DNA from: Octopus vulgaris
Taxonomy: Eukaryota
Direction: 5' to 3'
NCBI GenBank assembly: GCA_951406725.2
Contig: OX597824.1
Location: 53,940,001-54,004,000, forward strand
DNA: 64,000 bases
Shown: positions 16,301 through 35,165 of the stretch, piece after piece
How the letters are laid out: every line of letters begins with the position of its first letter
How positions within the stretch are numbered: position 1 is the first letter of the stretch
Program-made: the position numbers and the translations under genes
The notes under the pieces: generated by a model
What the model was told of the DNA's origin: nothing
Seen by the model: the letters and a program-made list of their open reading frames with translations, nothing else
The model's database searches: none

Positions 16301-16652
16301 TGCCTAGGACTCCAAACTTGCCATCAAGATGTAGGACAAGATTCTGTGATAGCCTGGGCTTCCGAGGCCCACAGCTCTTCAATATCCTCCCGATGAACCT
16401 GAGAGACCTGCATGGGGTGGATACAGATGTCTTTAAAATGGAGCTGGATCTCTTCCTGTCAGGTGTCCCAGATGAACCAACTTCACGGCAGGAGGGGCAG
16501 ATGAGGGCAGCTGCATCGAACTCTCTCATGCACCAAATAGCAGTTGCTAAAAAGCCTCCATGAAGTGAAACCAAGTAGCAACACCAAATGGCGGTGCCCC
16601 AGCATGGCCACAGCTCATGAGCTGAAACTGGAATCAATCAATCAATCAATCA
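13366..16652 (+). mobile_element. CR1-group LINE family 1, 5'-truncated in ORF1
   Basis: ORF1 C-terminus (to 13616), EN+RT ORF2, 3' stem-loop, (AATC)n tail. Confidence 0.9.
13460..16563 (+). pseudogene. LINE family 1 ORF2 (EN+RT) with one frameshift (~14900) and one nonsense codon (16168-16170)
   Basis: LNIRGL, LTETHL, YRPP, GDFN, SDH; YRPISLTS, QHGF, DFAKAFD, GVPQG, YADD, YSLERRR. The TAA at 16168 is TTA in the sister copy at ~24560. Confidence 0.88.
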
Positions 16653-16691
16653 TATATATATAGCTATATCTAAATATATATATATATATAT

Positions 16692-16751
16692 TAAGTTAGA
16701 CATGGCCTGGGCCAATACTGGCCAAAAACCTTTCTAAGTTATTCTAAGTTA
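16692..16751 (+). mobile_element. Extremely 5'-truncated 3' end of CR1-like family 2
   Basis: Reverse complement of ~19830-19888, including the TAAGTTATTC tail. Confidence 0.85.
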
Positions 16752-16827
16752 TATATATATATATATCTATATCTAAATATATATATATATATATCTATAT
16801 CTAAATATATATATATATATATCTATA

Positions 16828-16873
<46 letters not shown>

Positions 16874-16932
16874 ATATCTAAATATATATATATATATATA
16901 TATATATCTAAATATATATATATATATCTATA

Positions 16933-16969
<37 letters not shown>

Positions 16970-17492
16970 AATATATATATATATATCTGTATCTAATATA
17001 TATATATATATATATATATCTATATCTAATATATATATATATATCTATATCTAATATATATATATATATATATATCTATATCTAAATATATATATATATC
17101 TATATCTAAATATATATATATATATATATCTATATCTAAATATATATATATATATATCTATATCTAAATATATATATATATCTATATCTAATATATATAT
17201 ATATATATCTATATCTAAATATATATATATATATCTATATCTATATATATATATATATATATATATCTAATATATATATATATATATCTATATCTAAATA
17301 TATATATATATATATCTATATCTATATATATATATATATATATATCTATATCTATATATATATATATATATATCTATATCTAAATATATATATATATATA
17401 TCTATATCTAAATATATATATATATATATCTATATCTAATATATATATATATATATATCTATATCTAATATATATATATATATATATCTATA

Positions 17493-17524
<32 letters not shown>

Positions 17525-17742
17525 CTAAATATATATATATATATATATATCATATCTATATATATATATATATATATATATATCTAATATATATATATAT
17601 CTATATCTATATCTAAATATAAATATATATCTATATCTATATATATATATATATATCTAAATATATATATATATATATATCTATATCTAAATATACATAT
17701 ATATATATCTATATCTAAATATATATATATATATATATATAT
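16752..17742. repeat. Compound (TA)n microsatellite
   Basis: Directly visible. Confidence 0.95.
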
Positions 17743-19585
17743 GAAGTGATCTCAAGATAAGAAATCTTTGAACTTTAATTCATCCGTATCTCTATTTATT
17801 ATTATTATTTATTAATTATTATTATTCTGATCCCCCTAGTCGCCACTCTGTTTACTATTTCAGCCTCGCCTCGCCTCGTTTTGCATATTCTGTATAATTC
17901 ACTAGTTATCGTTATTGATATTTTAAGATCTATCTCCCTTATAGAAATTGGCTGCCGATTCTTCGCGGGGTTTTCTTTTCTCTTCCCTTCTCTCCCCCTC
18001 TTGTTACATTGTCGTCTGTCTGGACTCCTCTCTTCCTACCACCCGCCATGGCTATGCATACTTAAGCTAGTAAACTGCCTCATTCTTGATTCCGAATTCC
18101 TTTTGCCAAGTCTGTCCGTAAACGAAGTGATCTCAAGATAAGAAATCTTTGAACTTTAATTCATCCGTATCTCTATTTATTATTATTATTTATTAATTAT
18201 TATTATTCTGATCCCCCTAGTCGCCACTCTGTTTACTATTTCAGCCTCGCCTCGCCTCGTTTTGCATATTCTGTATAATTCACTAGTTATCGTTATTGAT
18301 ATTTTAAGATCTATCTCCCTTATAGAAATTGGCTGCCGATTCTTCGCGGCGCGCCCGCCCTACCCACCCCCACCACCAATACCGGATATCTCTATTTTGC
18401 TCCAACTATACCGGATGTCGTTTTTCTCCCACCACCATTATAGGTGTCTACTCTTTGAACCCCCTCTTCAATACGCTATTTCACCATGCATTACCCCTCT
18501 CTCGATATCCTACGTTCTACTTGCCTAGAACCTGTCCTCTGGACCACCCCTCCCACTGGTGCTCACCCCTCCCACTGGTGCTCACCCCTCCCACTGGTGC
18601 TCCCCTATATTTCTGCATCCCCCCACCACCATTATAGGTGTCTACTCTTTGAACCCCCTCTTCAATACGCTATTTCACCATGCATTACCCCTCTCTCGAT
18701 ATCCTACGTTCTACTTGCCTAGAACCTGTCCTCTGAACCACCCCTCCCACTGGTGCTCCCCTATATTTCTGCACCCCCCACCACCATTATAGGTGTCTAC
18801 TCTTTGAACCCCCTCTTCAATACGCTATTCACCATGCATTACCCCTCTCTCGATATCCTACGTTCTACTTGCCTAGAACCTGTCCTCTGAACCACCCCTC
18901 CCACTGGTGCCCACCCCTCCCACTGGTGCTCCCCTATATTTCTGCATCCCCCCCCACCATAATAGGTGTCTACTCTTTGAACCCCCCTCTTCAATACGCT
19001 ATTTCACCATGCATTACCCCTCTCTCGATATCCTACGTTCTACTTGCCTAGAACCTGTCCCCTGAACCACCCCTCCCACTGGTGCTCTCCTATATTTCTG
19101 CACCCCCCACCACCATTATAGGTGTCTACTCTTTGAACCCCCCTCTTCAATACGCTGCTCCCCTATATTTCTGCACCCCCCACCACCATTATAGGTGTCT
19201 ACTCTTTGAACCCCCCTCTTCAATACGCTATTTCACCATGCATTACCCCTCTCTCGATATCCTACGTTCTACTTGACTAGTACCTGTCCTCTGAACCACC
19301 CCTCCCACTGGTGCTCCCCTATATTTCTGCACCCCCCCCATAAAAAGCACCATCCGAACGTGGCCGATGCCAGACCCCTCTGGCACCTGTGCAGGTGGCA
19401 CGTAAAAAACACCCACTACACTCGCGGAGTGGTTGGCGTTAGGAAGGGCATCCAGCTGTAGAAACACTGCCAGACTAGACTGGAGCCTGGGGCAGTCCCG
19501 AGCTCCCCAGACCCCGGTCGAAACCGTCCAACCCGTGCTAGCGCGGAAAACGGACGTTAAACGATGATGATGATGATGATGATGA
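17743..19585 (+). mobile_element. Non-autonomous RTE derivative with 381-bp 5' monomers (type B, ~1.6 copies) and internal tandem repeats
   Basis: 17743-18123 repeated from 18124 to ~18349; junction motif at ~18347-18387; repeated ATAGGTGTCTACTCTTTGAACCCC units 18430-19340; RTE-type 3' end and (GAT)n tail. Confidence 0.85.
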
Positions 19586-19598
19586 TATAGCTATATCT

Positions 19599-19639
<41 letters not shown>

Positions 19640-19644
19640 ATATC

Positions 19645-19731
<87 letters not shown>

Positions 19732-19736
19732 ATATC

Positions 19737-19779
<43 letters not shown>

Positions 19780-19818
19780 ATATCTAAATATATATATATA
19801 TATATCTATATCTAAATA

Positions 19819-22800
19819 TAACTTAGAATAACTTAGAATAACTTAGAAAGGTTTTTGGCCAGTATTGGCCCAGGCCATGTCTAACTTAATAGCACCACCT
19901 GGCGAAGTCTTTCAGTTCAGGATTTGGGCACCAAGGCCCATTCGAGCAGAGAGTTATTGTTTGCGGAGACATATCCGGGTGTGGATGGTTTGTCCGGTAC
20001 TGTTTGAAGGAATTTGTCCAAAGACTTCTTGAATTTTGTGTGGTCAGTTTCTTTTTTGACGTGTCCTGGTGTAATGTTGAAGAGAGCGGGTCCAATTGAG
20101 GTGAAATAGTTGTGCCGTATTGTCGTTATGTGATGCGATTTAGATTTTTGTTGTGGACGGATGGCACGTGGTCCAAGCCTTGGATGCATTTTGAAGGTGA
20201 TGCCAACATCATTCGGACAGTGCTGATGGAATATTTTCCACATCATACAGATAATGTAGCGTTCACGGCGTCGTTGGAGTGAATACAATTTCAGCTTCTC
20301 TAGTCTACCCCAGTAGTCAAGGTCTGACATGCCATCTATCTTTTTTGTGATTGACCTTTGGGGAGCTTCAATTCTCATAATATTTTGTTTTGTGTAGGGA
20401 GACCACAGTGGACAGCAGTATTCAAGGTGGGGTCGGGCAAAAGTGGAGAAGAGAAGGATAATAGCGTGGGAATCTCTCGACTGGAAGGTTCTGAGAATCC
20501 AGGAACACATTCTGCGGGCCATGTCAACTTTGCTGCTTATATGTGTAGCCCAGCTTATGTTGTTGTCCACTGTTACTCCCAGGTCTCTGATGTTGTTGGA
20601 TGCCATGAGAATTTCTCCAGAAGGAAGAGAGTATGGGAGTTTCAGAGCGTCCTCCCTTCCAAAGTGGATCAGTTCGAATTTGTCTTCATTTAGCAACATG
20701 TTATTCTTTTCCGCCCATTGGACAACAGCCAGTAGGTCTGACTGAAGGTTTATTCGGTCATCCACGCCATTGATGACCTTCTGGAGCTTGGAATCATCAG
20801 CGAAGGTTCTGATGTTGCTGTGTTTGATGGTGTCAGTAATATCATTTATGTAGATGATGAAGAGAAGTGGGCCCAACACAGTGCCTTGTGGGACACCACT
20901 GCTGACTTTGGCTGGGCTGGATTTGACTCCTTCGACTACAACATGTTGGGTTCTGTTAGAGAGGAAGCACTTGATCCATTGCAGCAGCTTTCCAGTGACA
21001 CCAATATTGGACAGCTTTCTCAGAAGGATCTTATGATCAACCCTGTCAAAGGCCTTGCTGAAATCAAGGTAGATGACATCAGTGTTGGAACCCTCTCCCA
21101 AGGCTCTCAAAATGTCATCAAAATGATGCAGTAGCTGCGTCAGGCAATCTCTCCCATTACGGAATCCATGCTGGTTGGGGTTCAGCATATTATGACTCTC
21201 AAGGAAGTGAGTCATACGCGATCTCAGCACCCTCTCAAATACCTTGATGATATGAGAGGTGAGTGAGATTGGACGGTAATTCACGGCAAGCGATTTGTTT
21301 CCTTTTTGAAAACTGGGACAACAGACTGGGATAGAAGGTCTTCTGGTATATATCCAGCATCCAATGAGTTCCGCCACAGATTGGCTAGAGGGGGTGCAAG
21401 TTGGTTTTGACACATCTTCAAGACACAAGCAGGGAACCTATCGGGACCTACTGCTGAATTATGCTTCATTTCCTTTATTGCTGCTAAGACATCAGGAGCG
21501 CCAAATGTTATGTCCGATAAAGTGTATTGGGGAGTAACATCACTGATACAGCCCAGATCAGTCATATCAGGATTGCTGAAAACAGAGCAATATTGTTTCT
21601 GCAATATTTCTCCCATGGTTTTGGCATTGTCTTGAAGAATATCATTTTCATCAATCAGAGGGCCAACAGTAGAACCAGTGACTCTGTGTTTTTTTGCAAA
21701 TGAAAAGAACACTTTGGGATTGAGTTTGATCCTCTCAATGGCCCAGGCCTCTTCAGCTCTTCGCTGACTATTGATGATAGACATCATGTTGTTTTGGAGT
21801 TTATGTTTTTTAATCTCTAGCGACGAGATGGCAGTCAGGTTGGTGTGTTGCTGTTGACAGTATTTCAGCATGTTGATCTTTTTGTTGATTCTTTTAATTT
21901 TCCTTATGAGAGATTTTCTATTTCTAGGGATTCGACACTTAGATTTGTTTGCAGATCTTAATGGGGTGTGTCTTGCACATATGTTCGTGATGGTGTCTAC
22001 AAGTGACTGCCAGGACTTTTTGATGTTAGTGGGTGTGTATGTGTGCGTGAAGGACCAATCGACTTGTGCAAGATCATTATTGATCGCTTCCCAGTTTGCA
22101 TTGTGGAAATCCATAGTGTCAAATGGATGAACAGGAGGGATGACATTTGTTTTGCATTTTGGCCAGTGAAATCTCAGATCACAGAGAACCATGTCATGGT
22201 CGGAGAGTAGGGTTTTCTCCACTGCAATATTGTGGATAGTATCAGTGTGATTGCTGAAAATTAAGTCTAAGACGTTTTTGTGACATCTCGTTGGTTCGAG
22301 TACCAGTTGGGACAAGAAGAAGTCATCCATGAAGTCAAGAAGCGATTCCACTGCCTCCCTGTCAGGGGTTGAGAGAGAAGAACCTGGCGGCAGACTGTTT
22401 GTAGACCAGTCAACCCCGGGAAGGTTGAAATCTCCCATCATTAAAATGTTGTCAGGTTGACACTGCTGAATGAAACACTTTATGCTGTTGAGGCATTCCT
22501 TGAAGCATGGTAGGGGCGTTTGGGGTGGTCTGTAGAGCCCAACTACTGTTAAGTTGTTGGTTTGACTGAATACAGCGACTGCTTCGCAGTATCCATTCGA
22601 AAATATGTTCATGGCTTCTGTTGAGAATGAATCATGGACATAAATGGCAGTCCCACCCTTTCTTCTGCCAACACGATCAGCACGAATGGTTTTGAAATTT
22701 TTAACTTTCACCTCGGCTTCCAAGTGGAGGTCACTAAGATGGGTTTCAGTGAGGACGAAGAAAGGGATGTGGTTTGGATGGGCCTCGACCCAGTCCTCCA

Positions 22801-23283
22801 GGAATCTTATCTTCCATTTTTGTGTATTGGTGGAAGGGCTGATGCCTTGGGCATTAAGCAGAAATGTTGAGGCGAGAGTGGATGGTTTTAATTGTTTTGG
22901 TGATTTGTTTATTTGATTGCTTTTTAATGGCATGTGTAGTGGGGTAATAGTGGTGGATGGCGGTGGGTGATAGCTCGGATGTTTTTTTCCAGTTCTTTTG
23001 CTAGATTCATTATAGCTAAAAAAGAGGAAGAAGAGGTGGTTTCCTGTCTAGGGAACCGCAGGTGACTGTGGCCGCGGCTATTTTTATGTGAGTGGTTATC
23101 TTTAAATGTCCGACGAGTCCCCGGGAGATGGGTAAAGGGGCAATCCCTGTGCAAACACAATCTGTCTCGCTGGGAATAGCGGCAGATTTGGGGATTCCTT
23201 GTTTGAGATATTGGTGGTTGTGGTGATGTTGTATTATGGTGGTTGCTGTTGTAGTTTGTGGGGATAGAGCGTTTTGTTCCAGG
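19819..23283 (-). mobile_element. CR1-group LINE family 2, 5'-truncated in ORF1
   Basis: ORF1 C-terminus with CCCH-type motif (CRYSQRDRLCLHRDCPFTH) ending at 22924, EN+RT ORF2, (TAAGTTATTC)n tail. Confidence 0.9.
19917..22933 (-). CDS. LINE family 2 ORF2 (EN+RT), single 1-bp frameshift at ~21300
   Basis: Two ORF-track pieces join at VVPVFK|KGNKSLAVNYRPISLTS; FADD and YSLQRRRERY motifs; no internal stops otherwise. Confidence 0.85.
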
Positions 23284-23368
23284 ATATATATATATATATA
23301 TCTATATCTAAATATATATATATATCTATATCTATATCTAAATATAAATATATATCTATATCTATATC

Positions 23369-23399
<31 letters not shown>

Positions 23400-23564
23400 C
23401 TATATCTAAATATATATATATATATATATATCTATATCTAAATATATCTATATATATCTATATCTAAATATATATCTATATCTAAATATATCTATATATC
23501 TAAATATATCTATATATATCTATATCTAAATATATCTATATATATCTATATCTAAATATATCTA

Positions 23565-23802
23565 TGATTGATTGATTGATTGATTGATTGATTCTAGTTT
23601 CAGCTTATGAGCTGTGGCCATGCTGGGGCACCGCCATTTGGTGTTGCTACTTGGTTTCACTTCATGGAGGCTTTCTAGCAACTGCTATTTGGTGCATGAG
23701 AGAGTTCGATGCAGCTGCCCTCATCTGCCCCTCCAGCCGTGAAGTTGGTTCATCTGGGACACCTGACAGGAAGAGATCCAGCTTCATTTTAAAGACATCT
23801 GT
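23565..23802 (-). mobile_element. 5'-truncated family 1 LINE (3' ~240 bp)
   Basis: Reverse complement of ~16422-16652. Confidence 0.9.
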
Positions 23803-23809
23803 ATATATA

Positions 23810-23865
<56 letters not shown>

Positions 23866-24069
23866 TATGTATATCTATATATATATATATGTATATCTAT
23901 ATATATATATATGTATATCTATATATATATATATGTATATCTATATATATATATGTATATCTATATATATATATGTATATCTATATATATATATATATGT
24001 ATATCTATATATATATATATATGTATATCTATATATATATATATGTATATCTATATATATATATATATA

Positions 24070-25282
24070 TGATTGATTGATGATTGATTGATTGATTCCA
24101 GTTCCAGCCTATGAGCTGTGGCCATGCTGGGGCACCGCCATTTGGTGTTGCTACTTGGTTTCACTTCATGGAGGCTTTCTAGCAACTGCTATTTGGTGCA
24201 TGAGAGAGTTCGATGCAGCTGCCCTCATCTGCCCCTCCTGCCGTGAAGTTGGTTCATCTGGGACACCTGACAGGAAGAGATCCAGCTTCATTTTAAAGAC
24301 ATCTGTATCCACCCCATGCAGGTCTCTCAGGTTCTTCGGGAGGATATTGAAGAGCTGTGGGCCTCTGAAGCCCAGGCTATCACAGAATCTTGTCCTACAT
24401 CTTGATGGCAGGTTTGGAGTCCTAGGCACCACGCAGTGGCGCCCAGTTCTGGCATTTGTGTAACTCTCGATGCCAAAGTTCAGGACACTTCCCTCCAGGA
24501 TCTTCCAGATGTATATTATGGCATATCTTTCCCGCCTACGCTCCAGGGAGTATAATTTTAATCTCTTGAGTCTTTCCCAGTAGCTTACATTCTGCATAGA
24601 GGCTATCTTCTTTGTGTAGCTTCGTTGGATCGCCTCAAGTTCTGTGATCAACTTGACACTGGATGGTGACCATAGCTGAGAGCAATAGTCAAAGTGGCTT
24701 AGGACAAGTGTCTTCCAGAGGACCATCATGGTTTCTTGTTCTCTTGTTCTAAAGGTTCTAAGAATCCAGCCAGCCAGCCGTCTACATTTCACTGTCAGTT
24801 TAGCAACATGTACATGAAAGGTCGCGTCATCACTCATGTGAATACCCAGGTCACGCACTGATTGTGCCTCTGGGATTGCAATCCCTCCGGGTCCAGTGTA
24901 TTCATTGGGTATTGCATTCAGTTTTGCATGCTGATAGTATAAAGCTTGAAACTTTCCAGCATTGAACTGCATGCTATTCTTTTCAGCCCACTTGTATATT
25001 TCGTCCAGCTCACATTGCAGGTTTTTAGTGTCCTCAGGGTTCTGTATTGCCTGTGAAACTTTTGTATCATCTGCATAACTTGTGATCGTGGATCTCTGCG
25101 TGGCTGAGGGCATGTCTGAGAGGGCCATTATGAACAGTAGTGGTCCCAAAACAGTGCCCTGTGGAACACCACTCATTATTTGCGTGTTAATGGAAGTGGC
25201 CCCATTGGCTACTACCACCTGACTTCTATTCTTCAGAAAGTCGTGAAGCCATTCTCCTAGTTTTCCAACTATGCCAAGATCA
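24070..25282 (-). mobile_element. 5'-truncated family 1 LINE (1.2 kb, open RT C-terminal half 24166-25218)
   Basis: Near-identical to ~15448-16652; (AATC)n tail. Confidence 0.92.
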
Positions 25283-30422
<5,140 letters not shown>

Positions 30423-31399
30423 ATACTCTTTTACTCTTTTACTTGTTTCAGCCATCCGGCTGAGGCCATGCTGGGCCCCGCCCTTGTTGCTACCCTCTCT
30501 AAGTCCAGTTTGCCGTGGCTGGCCACTGATCTAAGAGAGAGTTTGTAGCTGCTGCCCTTAGGTTACCTTCGTACCTTGCAGTGGGTTCATCTGGGATCCC
30601 GGAAAGCAGCTTGTCTAGATGTTTTTTGAAAATGTCCACATCCGCATCATGTAGATCTCTTAGTTTTCTTGGCAGTTTGTTGAACAGCTGAGGGCCCCTG
30701 AACCCCAGGCTATTACAGTATCTGCTCCTTACCCTGGATGTGGAAGACGGGACCTTTGGCACCACACAGTGACGTCCTGTACGGGGATTGGAACAGCTCT
30801 CAATTCCAAAATTTGGTGCTAGTCCCTCCAGGATTTTCCATATGTATATCACTGCATATCTCTCTCGTCTTCGTTCCAAGGAGTACAAATTGAGTTCCCT
30901 AAGCCTCTCCCAATAGTTCTTTTCTTTCATGGTGGAAATCCTCTTGGTGAAATGTCTTTGGATTGTCTCAAGCTCTGTGGTTAGTTTGACACTATGCGGT
31001 GACCACAGTTGGGAGCAGTAGTCCAGGCGGCTTAGGACAAATGTCCTCCATAGTGTCAACATGGTCTCGCAGTCTCTTGTCCGGAATGTCCTCGGGATCC
31101 AGCCAGTGAGTCGTCTGCACATTGTTGCCACCTTCGCGATGTGTGAAGAAAAAGATGCATCGTCACTCATGTCTATCCCCAGGTCCCGTATTGATTTCGA
31201 TACTGGGATTTCGATCCCTCCTGGACCAGTATAGTTGTGTTGTAATGTATATGTGTTTACAGCTTGATATTGTAAGGCTTGAAATTTATCAGCATTAAAT
31301 TGCATGTTGTTGTCTTCAGCCCATTTGTATATGGCATCCAGATCTTGTTGTAAAAGGTCAGCATCAGCTGGGTTTTTGATTGCCTGTGCTACCTTTGTG
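30423..31399 (-). mobile_element. 5'-truncated CR1-group LINE family 3
   Basis: ORF 30499-31305 homologous to the family 1 C-terminus ([27 protein letters not shown]); (GTAAAAGA)n tail. Confidence 0.9.
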
Positions 31400-31514
31400 T
31401 ATATATATCTATATATCTATATATCTATATATCTATATATATATATCTATATATCTATATATCTATATATATATATATATCTATATCTATATATATATCT
31501 ATATATCTATATAT

Positions 31515-31545
<31 letters not shown>

Positions 31546-31614
31546 TATATATATATATCTATATATATATATATCTATACATATATCTATACATATATCT
31601 ATACATATATATAT

Positions 31615-32758
31615 TGTTACGGAATCGCCCGTCGTCGCCACTTGCCCGAACGGGCAAGTTCGCCACGGAACCCAAAGAGGAGAGAGGAGAGTCACAATAA
31701 CAACAACAGTAGCATCACAGAGAGATACCGAGAGAGACACAAAGAGGCAGAACGGCAACAACTGGCTTACATTTAACACTAGTTTATGACAATCAATTGT
31801 TACACATCAAATACATTTAAAGGAAACAACAAATCAATACATCATACAACAGATCAAAGCATTTAAACGTGCAAGTAACAATATAACAGTCCGGAGACAA
31901 CAGTTCTATTTCAAATCACTTCAGCAGATAACGTTCACAGTTCTTTAAAGTCTTTTCAATCTCATTTCTATTTTCTTTTGTAACATGTATCAACACAATT
32001 CTGAACATAAATACCACAACTCGATAATCGACACATCGACAAGTCCTTGACTCAATTCACATTGTTCATTTCACTGTCTCATTTCTTTTCACTGTCTCTT
32101 TACATCGTGACACGTATCAATACATAATCAAATACCTTAATTCCTAATTGAATCGCCAGTGTCCCATATTGCACTTCATCTCTCTCTGTACTGCTTATTC
32201 CTCTGTATATATCCCTTTTCTGTGCCGCTAGCTCCAGCCTGCCAAGCTCTCGCATCCCAACTGCTTGCCCCTAAAATTCCAACTCCTTGCCCTGACTTCC
32301 AAAATCCGTCTGTCCTCTTTGACGACCGAATACCCACTACCTCAAAACCTCACTTGCTCTGTCCTTCCCACCACCCTAATCTCCATCTGTCTTTACTGCT
32401 TATACCCTCTCTATCTGCGCCTGGTCCCATGTCCCTATCTTTATCGCGCTGCAGCTGTCACTCTCTCATGACAGCTCTGCTATACTCTCTGCCTGTCCTC
32501 CTCTGCCCCTCATCCTCTCTCACTGCTAATATCCCCTCTATCTGCTCTCAGTCCTACTGCCTATCTCTCTCACTACTGCTAGATTCTTCTTCCTCACATC
32601 TCTCTGACCCCCAATCGACCGCACAAGGTCAAAAGGTCCCTCCAAAAAGCCATTACTCTTCCAGCAAACAAAGGACTTTAACTTTACACTGCAGACTTCC
32701 CGTCTCTAAGCCAAGTAAAGTAGGTCAAGAAGTACCGTGAACTGAACTATTCACAACA
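31615..32758. mobile_element. Probable solo LTR
   Basis: 1.14 kb non-coding unit bounded by TGTTA...AACA with imperfect terminal inverted repeats (TGTTACGGAAT / ATTCACAACA), inserted in (TA)n. Confidence 0.5.
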
Positions 32759-32787
32759 ATACATATATATATATATATATATATATA

Positions 32788-32858
32788 TGATTGATTGATT
32801 CTAGTTTCAGCTCATGAGGTGTGGCCATGCTGGGGCACCGCCATTTGGTGTTGCTACA
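32788..32858 (-). mobile_element. Family 1 LINE 3' tip
   Basis: Matches ~16575-16645. Confidence 0.85.
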
Positions 32859-32938
32859 TTGTTTTTACTTCACGAAAGCTTTTTTTATATATATATATAT
32901 GAAAGAAGGTTTGAAAATGCAATTTAAAAGATGTTTAT

Positions 32939-32985
32939 TTACTTTACCGGTTTCACTCTTTGGAAAAAAGATTGTCAAAAGTAAC
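32939..32985 (-). ncRNA. Minimal type I hammerhead-like motif with U3-A8 core variant
   Basis: Minus strand: TTACTT-TTGACAA-stem II-GAAA-CCGG-TA-AAGTAA; 6-bp stem I, palindromic stem III ACCGGT. Confidence 0.5.
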
Positions 32986-34594
32986 ATGTGGAAGTTTGGT
33001 TGCGTTAATTATTGGTTGTTGCAAATTGCTACATTACATATATATATACAGTCTTTGGTAACAGGGACATGTTAAGGACATAAAAAAGTTCAACAAGTTC
33101 CTTAAAATATTGGGCACAAAAGATTACATAAATAATCGTTCTCAAGGACATACTTAAGATAGTTTCCAGAACGAATTGATATTGGTACTGTATCTGTATA
33201 TTCAAACATGCACAGAATATTGGTTGACACAGAGTACTATAATCCATATAAATATACAGTCTTTGGTGACAACAGTATGTTGAGAATATAAAAAAGTTTA
33301 ACATTGAGATAATGGGCAGAAAAGATTAAAACAAATATATTATACATCTGAGGGTAATTTCCAGGAGGAATTATTAAAAAAAGTTCAGTATACACATACA
33401 GAATATTATGAGTTCAAAAAGATTTACATTAATATAGTGGAAGTTAGAACTAACCTGTCCGTTTTAGGAGAAATGTGGAACTGAAAAGAATGTACCCTTT
33501 TCTTGTTTTTTTGGTTCTCCTTCAAGCATCAATGATTTTGGGGTCAGAATGAGGTGAGTATGTGTGTCTTTGTGTGTATGTGTGTGTGTATACATACATA
33601 TGTGGTGTGAATAGATGTGTCTGTGTGTCTGTAATATTTGGTAGGAAGGTGTCTGTCAACCGCGTGTGTGGTTGTCATGGTGTTATGTGTGTGTGCGTGC
33701 GTATGCATGTATGTGTGTGGATGGCATTTGACATGGTGCTGCGTGTGTATATGTGTCTGTATGGAGGTGAGATTGGTGTGAGTGTGTGCGTCCCTGTGTG
33801 TGTGTGCATATACATGTATACATGTGTCTGTGTGTGTGTGGGGGCTGTTTTTGATTGGTTCCAGGGTGGTGTAAACAGATATGTGTTGTTTAAAGAATTT
33901 TTTGGGGTAGGATGGTGTGTGTATATGTCGACTCTAACAGCAAAAAGAACCGTTTTTCTTTTCTTTTTTTGAAAAAACCTCTTCGTATAGGGGGAAGATT
34001 TTGGGACTTCTACCTCTTATCAGATAAGTACCCCTTTTCATTCATTTATTTTCCCGTAATTCAATGTAAGGGCCTTTTCTCTGTTTACATTCTGTAATAA
34101 TCTATCGATAGTTCCGTTACATCTATTTTTTATATATTTATTTGTTACTCTATTTATATATGTGTATGCGCACATGTGTATATATATTTGTATATATATG
34201 TATATATATGTATGTGTGTGTGTTAGAAGTATAGTCGCAATTAGTTTAGTTTAGAAGAAATTGTCTGTAGCGACGGACAGATATATATTTTCTTTTTCTA
34301 TTTATTCTGTTTACATTCTGTAATAATCTCTCGGCTTCTGTTTTTATCTCTGTTACATCTTTTATTTTTCTTTATATACTTATTTGTTATTTTGTTTATA
34401 TATGTGTATGTGCACATGTGTATATATGTGTATGTATGTATATATATATGTATACATATGTATATGTGTGTGTGCAATAAGTTTCGTTTAGAAATTGTCT
34501 GCGGACAGATATATATATTCTTTTTCTATTTCTTCTTTCTCTCTCTGTCTCTTCACTTCTCTCCCTCACGCCTTTCCTTGTCTCTTCATTACTC

Positions 34595-35165
34595 TCTTCT
34601 TTCAGCTCTCAATCTCAATCTCTCTTTAAACACATAGACGCTTTCTTTCATTTCTTTCAGCTCTCAATCTCTCTTCTTTCAGCTCTCTTTAAGTACATAG
34701 ACACTTTCTTTCTCTTCTTTCAGCTCTCAATCTCTCTTCTTTCAGCTCTCAATCTCTCTTTAAGTACATAGACGCTTTCTTTCTCCTCTTTCAGCTCTCA
34801 ATCTCTCTTCTTTCAGCTCTCTTTAAGTACATAGACGCTTTCTTTCTCTTCTTTCAGCTCTCAATCTCTCTTTAAGCACATAGACGCTTTCTTTCTCTTC
34901 TTTCAGCTCTCAATCTCTCTTTAAGCACATAGACGCTTTCTTTCTCTTATTTCAGCTCTCAATCTCTCTTTAAGCACATAGACGCTTTCTTTCTCTTCTT
35001 TCAGCTCTCAATCTCTCTTTAAGTACATAGACGCTTTCTTTCTCTTCTTTCAGCTCTCAATCTCTCTTTAAGTACATAGACGCTTTCTTTCTCTTCTTTC
35101 AGCTCTCAATCTCTCTTTAAGTACATAGACGCTTTCTTTCTCTTCTTTCAGCTCTCAATCTCTTT
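34595..35165. repeat. Pyrimidine-rich ~47 bp minisatellite
   Basis: Unit CTTTCAGCTCTCAATCTCTCTTTAAGTACATAGACGCTTTCTTTCTCTT, about 10 copies. Confidence 0.9.
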
